Source: an uncultured Verrucomicrobiota bacterium | GTDB taxonomy: Bacteria; Verrucomicrobiota; Verrucomicrobiia; Limisphaerales; CAIMTB01 | Assembly: GCA_964608505.1 (NCBI GenBank) | Contig: CAZSOV010000001.1 | Span: 32,630 to 96,629 of the forward strand | DNA: 64,000 nt | Reading direction: 5' to 3' | Translations under genes and position numbers: made by a program | Notes under the pieces: generated by a model | Told to the model about the DNA's origin: nothing | The model's input: the letters and a program-made list of their open reading frames with translations, nothing else | The model's database searches: none | Part shown: piece after piece, positions 25,189-32,894 of the stretch | Position numbering within the stretch: position 1 is the stretch's first letter | How the letters are laid out: every line of letters starts with the position of its first letter

Positions 25189-25973
25189 TGGGGAACGGCT
25201 TCGACGAGATCGAGGTAGGCCCGGCGGCGTTCGGGCGCGAGGCCCAGGATGGCGTCCTGCGTCCAGCCGTAGGCGGTGGCGAGCTGGTGGATGTCGCGCA
25301 GCAGACGCCGGGCGGCGACGGAAAGTTCGCGCCAGAGGAACGCGCCGCAGTCGAGGTGCGATTCCCAACGCTGCCGGCAGCCGGGGCAGTCGAGTTGGAA
25401 CAGGATCTCGGACAGCGGATCGCGTTCGATCTGGGCGCGGGCAATGGCGTCGAGCAGGTCCGTGGGGAGCGCTTCGGCGGACACCGGGCTGCCGTGCCGG
25501 AGGGCCCGGGTCACGCAACGCCGGACGATGCGGGCACCGATCTCGTCCGGGCCGGCGTCGGGCGTCGCGGATTCGAGCAGGTCGCGGGGGGTGGCGGCGC
25601 GGAATCGGATCTGCCAGTCCGCGTGGTCCAGAGTTCCGTCGTCGGCGGACGGCACCGGGTCGGCGACGCCCGCGAGGAGGTCGCGAACGTCGATCCGGAA
25701 CTCGACCTCCTGGGAGCAGCGGGGGCAGCGGTCGAGGCCCCGGAGGTCGCTGCCGAACGTGGCGAGCCGCAGCCGGAGCAGCGTCGCGTCGCGCCGGCCC
25801 AGGGGCAGGTCGAGGGCCAGGTCCAGGGGGACGGTGCAGGTGGCGGCGACGAGGACGGACGGGCGGAGGGCGGACGAGGCGCGGAGTCCCTGTTCCCACG
25901 CCACGAGCAACCGCTCGCCCGCGAGGGGCGGGATCTCGAGGGGCGGCCGGGGCGGGGGAGGGGATTCGGTCAT
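25185..25973 (-). CDS. conserved eCIS accessory protein with two CxxC pairs (tail-assembly-chaperone position)
   Basis: ORF 25185..26054. The ATG at 25971-25973 gives MTESPPPP..; an alternative start at 26054 is possible. It contains ..LDRCPRCSQEVEF.. and ..LDCPGCRQRWES.. and ends ..WTQDAILGLAPERRRAYLDLV. Confidence 0.7.
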   Translation of the reverse strand: MTESPPPPRPPLEIPPLAGERLLVAWEQGLRASSALRPSVLVAATCTVPLDLALDLPLGRRDATLLRLRLATFGSDLRGLDRCPRCSQEVEFRIDVRDLLAGVADPVPSADDGTLDHADWQIRFRAATPRDLLESATPDAGPDEIGARIVRRCVTRALRHGSPVSAEALPTDLLDAIARAQIERDPLSEILFQLDCPGCRQRWESHLDCGAFLWRELSVAARRLLRDIHQLATAYGWTQDAILGLAPERRRAYLDLVEAVPQ

Positions 25974-26069
25974 GGGCCGGGAAGGCGGTAACGGAAACCG
26001 CGCGAGCCGGGACCGAACCCCGGGGTGACAGGGCGCGCGGTTCGGCCGGGGCATCGTTGCGGCACCGGG

Positions 26070-26594
26070 TCAGGCTGGAACGGTGAAGGAGGGTTCCTTG
26101 GGTTCCTTGACGTCGGGGTCCTCCTCCCAGCCTTCGTGGGTGATCTGGATGCTCTCGATGGCGACGGCCTCGCCGTTGGCATCGAGGTCGGGGACCTTGG
26201 TGATCTCGGAGACCCAGCAGCGGTAGACCTTGTAGGCCAGCGCGACCTGGCCGGCCTCGTTCATCACCTGGATGACGATGTCCTTGCGGAAGTCCTGGAG
26301 GGAGGCCTCCTTGCCGGACTTGGCACCGTAGTTCCAGACCTTGTTGGCCCAGCGCAGGAACTCCTTGTCGTGGGTGAGGCCGCGCTCGAGCGTGATGGTC
26401 TCGTACTCGGTGCGACCGGGCATCTTGCGGCTGGTGCTGGGGTCGCCGCCCTCGCGCCACTCCACGACCTTGGTGGAGCGCTTCAGGGCGGTGCACTTGC
26501 TCACGCCGCAGACGTCCCGTCCGTCCCAGCGGACGCGGAACTTGAAGTTGCGGTACGGGTCGAAGCGTTCGGGATTGACGACGAATTGGGCCAT
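26070..26594 (-). CDS. tail tube protein (T4 gp19-like, Afp1-like)
   Basis: 174 aa: MAQFVVNPERFDPYRNFKFRVRWDGRDVCGVSKCTALKRSTKVVEWREGGD..MPGRTEYETITLERG, the classic tube signature. Confidence 0.95.
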   Translation of the reverse strand: MAQFVVNPERFDPYRNFKFRVRWDGRDVCGVSKCTALKRSTKVVEWREGGDPSTSRKMPGRTEYETITLERGLTHDKEFLRWANKVWNYGAKSGKEASLQDFRKDIVIQVMNEAGQVALAYKVYRCWVSEITKVPDLDANGEAVAIESIQITHEGWEEDPDVKEPKEPSFTVPA

Positions 26595-26684
26595 GGCGGG
26601 AAGGGATGGAAGGTCGTGGGCGGGTTGCGGTGTCGGTGTGGTATGCGGGATGCAGCTTTCGCGAGTCGGGACGGCGGGAGGGGA

Positions 26685-28835
26685 TCAGCCGGCGACCTGG
26701 CCGGCCATCTGGCGGATGCGGATCAGGACGAACTCCGCGGGTTTGAGGGGCGCGAAGCCGACCTCGGCGTTGACGATGCCGAGGTCGATGTCGGCCTGGG
26801 TGGTGGTCTCGTCGTCGCACTTCACGTAGAAGGCGTCGGTGGGGCTCTGTCCCTGCAGGGCGCCGCGCCGGAACAGATTGTTCATGAAGGTGCCAATGCT
26901 CAGGCGCACCTGCTGCCACAGCACGAAGTCGTTCGGTTCGAACACGGCCCACTGGGTGCCCCGGTACAGGCTCTCCTCGATGTACAGCGTCAGGCGCCGG
27001 ACGGAGAGATACTTCCAGTCGGAGGCGAGCCGGTCGTCGCCGTGCAGCGTGCGGGCGCCCCACACCACGGGGCCGGCGGCGGGGCGCACTTGGAGGCAGT
27101 TGATGCCGAGCGGATTCAGCTGGCCCACCTCGCCGTCGATGAGGTTGTAGGCGAGCTCGCGCACGCCCACCAGGCCGGCGTCGAGGCCGGCGGGGGATTT
27201 CCACACGCCGCGTTCGGCGTCGGTGCGGCTGATGACGCCGGCCACGACGCCGCTCGGCGCGAAGGTCTCGAGCGCGTTGTCCCGGAGCGGGTCCGCGACG
27301 CGCACCCGCGGGAAGTACATCACGGAGTTCGGGTCGCGCAGGCCGGCCAGTTCCTCGATGCCCTCGATGGCCTGGTCGGGGCGGAGCCAGCCCGAGGGCG
27401 GATCGATGATCACCATCGCGCGTCGTTCGCGGGCGTATTGCAGCGCCTCGGTCCAGAGCGTGTCGGGCACGTCGACCTCGCGGCTGAGCGGCGGGATGAC
27501 GAGCAGGTTGAACAGATCCACATCCTGGAGCCGGAACAGGCCCTGCTTCGCCTCGCGCATGCCCACCCCGATGAAGTCCTGGTCCGTCAGTTCCCCGCCG
27601 TCGTCGCCGCCCGCCAGAGCGACGGGCGCCTCGGTCTCCAGCGGTGCGGCATCCGGAATTTCGCCCTCGAGCCGGACGAGCTGGGAGCCCTGGGCCAGGA
27701 CGGTCGGGGCAAAGCGCGGGGAGGCGGGATCGACCGACAGATTGCGGAGGACCTCGGTCGTCACGGCCCGGCCCTCCGCGTTGACCTCTTCGACGGTGAG
27801 ATTGAAGAGCGCGTCGTCGTTCGGATCGCGCGTGTTGTGGTCCACGCGGAGCCGGAGCTGGTTACCCCACGTCCCCTCGTTGGCGGCGACCACGGCCAGG
27901 CCCTGGACCGGCAGGTCGAGGGTCGCGGTCACCCCCTCCGCGCCGCCCCCGAGATGCACCCGGGTGGCCGGGAGCGGACGCAGGGTGACCAGGGAGGGAT
28001 CCCCGACGACCTGCACCTCGATGTTCGCGCCGTTCAGGCTGCCGTCCACGGTGTCGATGGTCTCCGATTCGAACGTGCCGAGAACGGTGTACGTGCCGTC
28101 GAGGTTGCGTTGCTCCACGACCAGGGCGAACAGGTCCTCGTTGGAGGCGCTGGGCAGGATGCTCACGGCCAGATCGTTTCCGTCGGTCCCCGCGGCGGTC
28201 GCCTCGAACGAGACGACGCCGCCGACGAGCGGCAGGAAACCCCGCGCGGCGCGCGCCTGCGGCGCGCCATCCGCGAGATCCTGCCAGTCCGTCACCACGG
28301 GCAGCGCCGAGAAATCCTCGACGGCGACCAGCGACGTCTCGGCATCGAAATCCCCGGCGAGCGTGGCGACGTCGGAACCCGAAAACCGCTGGCGCCGCAC
28401 GACGACCCATTGACCATCGGGTCCGGGGACGCGTTCCTCGACGTCCACGTGCCGCGTGCCGTCGTCCTCGACCCGCGCGCGCAGCGAGGAACCGCCGGTG
28501 CCCGGGATGGTTTCGGAGAGGATGAATCCCTCGGCCGTGCCGTTATCGAGGGCCACCTGGGCGGAGATGCCGGCCGTGTTGGCGAGCCGCACGATCACGG
28601 CGTCGGAGCCGCCGTTCTGGTAGAACTGGCGCACCGCGTAGCTCGCGGTGCTGTCGAGCCACAGCCCGCCGAAATGCTTCTCGAACGCGCCGTAGTTGGT
28701 GATGCGTACGGCGCGGTCCGTCGGTCCGCGCCGACAGCGTCCGACGAACGCGGTGATCGAGGTGGCGACTCCGGCGACGGTGCGGTTCCCGCTCGGAACC
28801 TCGACGAGATACACTCCAGGTGCGGTAGGATTCAT
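26685..28835 (-). CDS. contractile tail sheath protein (Afp2-4-like), 716 aa
   Basis: N-terminus MNPTAPGVYLVEVPSGNRTVAGVATSITAFVGRCRRGP. C-terminus ..GINCLQVRPAAGPVVWGARTL..WKYLSVRRLTLYIEESL..FYVKCDDETTT.. Confidence 0.95.
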   Translation of the reverse strand: MNPTAPGVYLVEVPSGNRTVAGVATSITAFVGRCRRGPTDRAVRITNYGAFEKHFGGLWLDSTASYAVRQFYQNGGSDAVIVRLANTAGISAQVALDNGTAEGFILSETIPGTGGSSLRARVEDDGTRHVDVEERVPGPDGQWVVVRRQRFSGSDVATLAGDFDAETSLVAVEDFSALPVVTDWQDLADGAPQARAARGFLPLVGGVVSFEATAAGTDGNDLAVSILPSASNEDLFALVVEQRNLDGTYTVLGTFESETIDTVDGSLNGANIEVQVVGDPSLVTLRPLPATRVHLGGGAEGVTATLDLPVQGLAVVAANEGTWGNQLRLRVDHNTRDPNDDALFNLTVEEVNAEGRAVTTEVLRNLSVDPASPRFAPTVLAQGSQLVRLEGEIPDAAPLETEAPVALAGGDDGGELTDQDFIGVGMREAKQGLFRLQDVDLFNLLVIPPLSREVDVPDTLWTEALQYARERRAMVIIDPPSGWLRPDQAIEGIEELAGLRDPNSVMYFPRVRVADPLRDNALETFAPSGVVAGVISRTDAERGVWKSPAGLDAGLVGVRELAYNLIDGEVGQLNPLGINCLQVRPAAGPVVWGARTLHGDDRLASDWKYLSVRRLTLYIEESLYRGTQWAVFEPNDFVLWQQVRLSIGTFMNNLFRRGALQGQSPTDAFYVKCDDETTTQADIDLGIVNAEVGFAPLKPAEFVLIRIRQMAGQVAG

Positions 28836-28937
28836 GGGAGGAGCGACAATTCCTTTAAACGACTCCCGTGGCTACGTCAGCGGACGCGGGGGCGTCAACA
28901 CCGAAGGCCGAACCGACCGCGAAATACGGAATTGTTC

Positions 28938-29002
28938 GCGGGCCGGGTCCCCCGACCGGGCGGGAGCTCGCGACGCCATCTCGGTGCGCGAGGGCACGCG
29001 GA
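28938..29002. repeat. partial copy of the GC-hairpin (REP-like) repeat family
   Basis: gcgggccgggtcccccgaccgggcg..gcgcgagggcacgcgg resembles the gtaggccgggtcccccgacccggcg..gcgtgagggcacgcgg part of the 2375-2872 units. Confidence 0.6.
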
Positions 29003-30700
29003 CTATCGTGAAGGGGCGGGGTCGCGTGCGCGGAGTTCGAAGCGGCGTCCGGCGACGGGGACGCTGCCGAGCCGGCGGGCCAGGGTGCCCCAGGCATCGC
29101 CGGGGTCAGCTTCCCACCGCACCAGGCCCGGGGTCGCGGGGATGCCGGCGGGCACGGGACCGAACCGGGTGCCGTCGGCGGCCCATTCCCAGTCCGCACC
29201 GTCGGCCCGGCGGCGGAGGGTCGGGAGGGGGGCGGTCGGGCGACCGGGACCGGGGGCAAGTTCGAGGATGGCGCCGGCGGCGTGGATTTGGAGGGGACCG
29301 GCGAGTTCCGGGGCGAGGTCGACGCAGGCGCGGGCGAGGTCGAGGAGCGCGCCGATGCGGGTGTCGTCGTGCGGACGGAGGATCACGGTGATTTCCCAGC
29401 CGAGATGCCGGCGCAGGGCGAGGAGTTCGCGGAGCTGGGCGTCCGGCGAGGGCAACGGGTCCAGCCTGGCCAGGGTGGCGCGGACCTCGGGACGGGCCCA
29501 GATCGGGGGGCCGGACGCGGGGACGTCGAGTTCGAGGTCGACGTGGCCGGGCTTGGGGCCCAGCGGACGCAGGGTGGCGGCCTGATCGAGGCGTCGGGCG
29601 AGGGCGAGTTCGGACGGGGCAAGGGCCGGGTGGGCCGGGTGGGCCAGCGCGGCGAGGAAGGGCGCGACGTCGGCGAGATGGACGCGGAGGAGTTTGAGCG
29701 GGGCGTTGCGGGCGCCGCTGCCGGCGCCGCGGGCGGCGGCGGCGAGGAGTTCGCGGACCTCGGCCTCGCCCAGTTGCCACGAGACCGGGATCGGGGGCGC
29801 GGGGACCCGCGGTTCGCCGGCGGGCGTGGCGGCGAGGTCGACGAAGAACCGGTAGGCGCCGGGTGATTCGCCTTCATAGGTCCCGGGGGGCAGGGCGAAC
29901 TCGCGTTCGACGGTCGTGCCGGGGGCGAGGGTCAGGGTCTCGGTGTCGCCGGCGATGACGGCGGCGGGGGCGACGCGGGTGCCCGCGGGATCGACGACCC
30001 ACAAGGCCACGTCGTCAGGCCAGGCGAGGGAACGGGGGGCCGGGCCACGATGGGCGAGCGCGACGCGGAACCGGGCCGGGGCGGTCACGGGCAGGACGGG
30101 CGGGCCCTCGAGCCGGAGGGTCAGACCGCGGCGCTGCTCGCGGTCGGGGCGTTGGGCGAGGTAGGCGTCGACGGCGAGAACCGAAACGGAGACGGGCGGG
30201 CTGGAGGCGGCATCGCGCCACAGGGCGAGGCCGCGCTGGAGCTGGGGGAACTGGGTGGGGAGCACGCCGCGGTAGGTGCCCCGCAGTTCGTAGGTGCCGG
30301 TGCCCGGCAGCGCGACCCAGTCGGCGACGCGCGTCTCGTATTCCTTCGGTTGTCGGGGTTCGAGGCGGTCCGCCTTGGCGAACATGTGGGCGAGGGCCTG
30401 GCCGGGGGGGGCGGTGGGCAGCGATCGGTCGCCCGCGGTGACGGCGAGCTGGCCGTTCAACCGGCAGCAACCCTCCCACATGAAGCCCAGGGCCTGGGTG
30501 GATTGGTTCACGAACCGCCAGTGGAGCGGGATGACGTCGCCGAGAACCCAGGTTTCAGCGGCGGGCACGCGCAACCGGAGTTCCACGGCGGCCCGGACGC
30601 GCGTCGATCCCGCCGCGAACCAGGCGAGGGCGAGGGCCAGAACGACGCGCCGGGTGAGGTCACTCACCGGGCGGCGAAGGGGTTGCGGTGGGCAGGGCAT
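29003..30700 (-). CDS. secreted hypothetical protein (565 aa)
   Basis: ORF 29003..30961 trimmed to the ATG at 30698-30700, which gives MPCPPQPLRRPVSDLTRRVVLALALAWFAAGSTRVRAAV (signal-peptide-like). The longer start would run through the repeat element. I recognise no family. Confidence 0.6.
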   Translation of the reverse strand: MPCPPQPLRRPVSDLTRRVVLALALAWFAAGSTRVRAAVELRLRVPAAETWVLGDVIPLHWRFVNQSTQALGFMWEGCCRLNGQLAVTAGDRSLPTAPPGQALAHMFAKADRLEPRQPKEYETRVADWVALPGTGTYELRGTYRGVLPTQFPQLQRGLALWRDAASSPPVSVSVLAVDAYLAQRPDREQRRGLTLRLEGPPVLPVTAPARFRVALAHRGPAPRSLAWPDDVALWVVDPAGTRVAPAAVIAGDTETLTLAPGTTVEREFALPPGTYEGESPGAYRFFVDLAATPAGEPRVPAPPIPVSWQLGEAEVRELLAAAARGAGSGARNAPLKLLRVHLADVAPFLAALAHPAHPALAPSELALARRLDQAATLRPLGPKPGHVDLELDVPASGPPIWARPEVRATLARLDPLPSPDAQLRELLALRRHLGWEITVILRPHDDTRIGALLDLARACVDLAPELAGPLQIHAAGAILELAPGPGRPTAPLPTLRRRADGADWEWAADGTRFGPVPAGIPATPGLVRWEADPGDAWGTLARRLGSVPVAGRRFELRARDPAPSR

Positions 30701-30735
30701 GGAGTGAAACGAGGTGTTCGTCCGGGGTCTTCCCG

Positions 30736-30880
30736 GTCGCGGAGCGACGTCCGAAGGATTCGGGCTCCCAGCTCCTTCCTCGCCGCCCAAGTCAAACGTC
30801 GCTCCGCGACGAGAAGAAAGGAAGGGGCGAAACCAGGGCCTGCAGGCCCCGGCAACCTGCGGGCGACGCTCCGCGGCGTC
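30736..30880. repeat. copy of the GC-hairpin (REP-like) repeat family
   Basis: gtcgcggagcgac (30736) and cgtcgctccgcgacgagaagaaaggaaggggcgaaaccagggcctgcaggccccggcaacc..gacgctccgcggcgtc parallel the second half of the 189-bp unit. Confidence 0.75.
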
Positions 30881-30957
30881 CTGGCGAGGGTCGGACGTGT
30901 GAATCGCGACGAGAACCTGCCGGCATCCCGTTGGCGACGCGCGTTCCATGCCCGAAT

Positions 30958-31656
30958 TCACTTTCCGGTTTCCAGCACCGCCAGGTCATCGAACCGGATG
31001 GGCGTTCCCGAGAAGGGCTTGCCCCACACCGCGGCCGGGCCGGGCACGGGGGCCTCGGTTTTCGTCCAGGCCACCATCCAGGCGTCGGGTTCGGGTGTGC
31101 CGTCCTTCCAGGCCTTGCCCTCGGCCTTCCAGCCGTCGCCGTCCTTGCGGAGCTGGACGCGGACCCAGGTCCAGATGCCGCTGGTCCATTCGTAGGGGAC
31201 GGAAGCGCGGACCTCGTCGCCCTCGAGCAGTTCGAGGGCCTTGCGAGCGGGCGAGACCTGCACGCGGTAGCCGCCCACGCCATTGATGCTGACTCCGAAG
31301 ACCGGGAAGCGCCGGCCCTGGCCCGTGCCGGAGATCCGGGCCCGGGCACCCCAGTTTTCCTGGCGCGCCTTGCCGAACATGATTCCGAACGTCTCCAGCG
31401 GGGCGCCGGGCAGTTCGAGACAGCGGTTGCCTTCGACGTCCTTCACGGCGAACTGGCCGTCGAGGATCAGGAAGGAATCCGGCGGCGTCCCGGGGGCGAG
31501 TTTCGCGAAATCCTCCTGGAACAGCGGTTCCGCGGCGCTCGCGGCCAGGCGGACCGCGAGGAAGGCCAGGGCCAGGGCCAGGGTCGCGGGCACGAGGCCG
31601 AAGGTCCGGGAACTGGAACGCGGGGCGGGTCGCGAAGGGCGGGATGAGGTCGGCAT
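30958..31656 (-). CDS. secreted hypothetical protein, possibly concanavalin/LamG-like fold
   Basis: 232-aa ORF with an N-terminal hydrophobic signal (LVPATLALALAFLAVRLAASAAEP). The body is beta-rich with W/G patterning. The fold assignment is a guess. Confidence 0.6.
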   Translation of the reverse strand: MPTSSRPSRPAPRSSSRTFGLVPATLALALAFLAVRLAASAAEPLFQEDFAKLAPGTPPDSFLILDGQFAVKDVEGNRCLELPGAPLETFGIMFGKARQENWGARARISGTGQGRRFPVFGVSINGVGGYRVQVSPARKALELLEGDEVRASVPYEWTSGIWTWVRVQLRKDGDGWKAEGKAWKDGTPEPDAWMVAWTKTEAPVPGPAAVWGKPFSGTPIRFDDLAVLETGK

Positions 31657-31742
31657 GGCTTACACTGGGTCGGACGTCGGGCCGGGGCGCGTATTCGGAA
31701 GGGATTCCGGGTGGCAGCGGTTTTTTCCGGTACTCCCGGAGG

Positions 31743-32054
31743 CTACTCGAGGTCGGCCAGCAGTTCGTCGAGCTCGGCCTGGGGTCCCTCGTGATGCTGC
31801 GCGACGGCCAGTTCGCGACCGCGGATGAAGGCGGCGCGCGCCTCGTCGCGGCGGCCGAGGGCGAGGTGCGTCTTCCCGACGAGAATCTGGACGACCATCC
31901 AGTCGGGTTTGCGCTGGAGCGCGTGTTCGAGGTGCGGGAGGGATTCGGCGAACCGCCCGTCATCGAACAGGGCCTTGGCGAGGCTGAACCGGGCCAGGTC
32001 GTTGTTCGGCTGCGCGGCCACCATCTGTTCCCAGCGGGCGATGGTCTTGGACAT
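31743..32054 (-). CDS. small TPR-like protein (103 aa)
   Basis: The last 103 aa of ORF 31743..32426, from the ATG at 32052-32054: MSKTIARWEQMVAAQPNNDLARFSLAKALFDDGRFAESLPHLEHALQRKPDW..GKTHLALGRRDEA. Confidence 0.6.
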   Translation of the reverse strand: MSKTIARWEQMVAAQPNNDLARFSLAKALFDDGRFAESLPHLEHALQRKPDWMVVQILVGKTHLALGRRDEARAAFIRGRELAVAQHHEGPQAELDELLADLE

Positions 32055-32065
32055 GGGAGAATGGA

Positions 32066-32791
32066 TCAGGAAGGGCGGAGGAGGAGTTCCTCGACGACGG
32101 CGCGGGCGGGCAGGTTCGCGACGAACAGGACGCAAGCCGCGACGTCCGCGGCCTGCAACATGCGGTCCCGGGCCTCGCGCGGCGGGGGGGCGGGGCGTTT
32201 GTCGAGCAGGGGGGTGTCGATGTCGCCGGGCATCAGCGCGCAGGCGCGGACGCCGCGGGGGCGTTCCTCGGCATTGATGGCCTGGGTGAGGCCGAGCAGG
32301 CCGAACTTGCTGGCGGAATACGCCGGACCCGCCTTCGGGCTGGCCTGGCGGGCGGCATCGGAGATGACGTTGACGATAGTGCCCTGGCCGCGGCGCCGCA
32401 TGGCGGGAAGGAACGCCTGCACGCACCAGTACGCGCCGTTGAGGTTGGTATCGAGCAGCAGGCGGTAGTCGGCGGAGGCCAGGACCTCGAGGCTGCGGCG
32501 GGGAATGTTGGTCCCGGCGGCGTTCACGAGGAGGTCGACCTCGCCGAGGCGTTCGAGGACCCCGCGGCCCATCGCGGCGACGGCGGTTTCGTCGGCAATG
32601 TCGCAGACCCAGGAGGACAGGCGGTCGGCGGCGGTGCCGGCGAGGGCGGAGGTTTCGTCGAGGTTCTCCGCCCGCCGCCCGACCAGGGCGACGCGCCAGC
32701 CCTCGCGGGCGAGGAGGAGGGCGGTGGCGCGTCCGACGCCGGAGCCGGCTCCGGTGACGACCGCGGTTCGGGATGCGTCTTGCGTGCTCAT
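32066..32791 (-). CDS. short-chain dehydrogenase/reductase (SDR)
   Basis: 241 aa with the TGAGSGVGRA cofactor motif, NAAG, and the catalytic Y..K motif (YSASKFG). Confidence 0.9.
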   Translation of the reverse strand: MSTQDASRTAVVTGAGSGVGRATALLLAREGWRVALVGRRAENLDETSALAGTAADRLSSWVCDIADETAVAAMGRGVLERLGEVDLLVNAAGTNIPRRSLEVLASADYRLLLDTNLNGAYWCVQAFLPAMRRRGQGTIVNVISDAARQASPKAGPAYSASKFGLLGLTQAINAEERPRGVRACALMPGDIDTPLLDKRPAPPPREARDRMLQAADVAACVLFVANLPARAVVEELLLRPS

Positions 32792-32894
32792 GGGGGTGAT
32801 CGCGGGGATCGGACGTGCCGCATTCCCCGCCGGGCTCGCCGGGCCGCGCCTTCGGGGGCGTCGGCCGGCGTCGCGGGCGGTGTGGTGTGGCGGG

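Noticed and set aside
24355-27204. 949-aa ORF 24355..27204 taken at face value
   Set aside because: Its first ~670 codons overlap the tube, accessory and sheath genes out of frame and are Arg/Pro junk. Only the last 277 aa, from the coupled ATG at 25188, look like a real gene.
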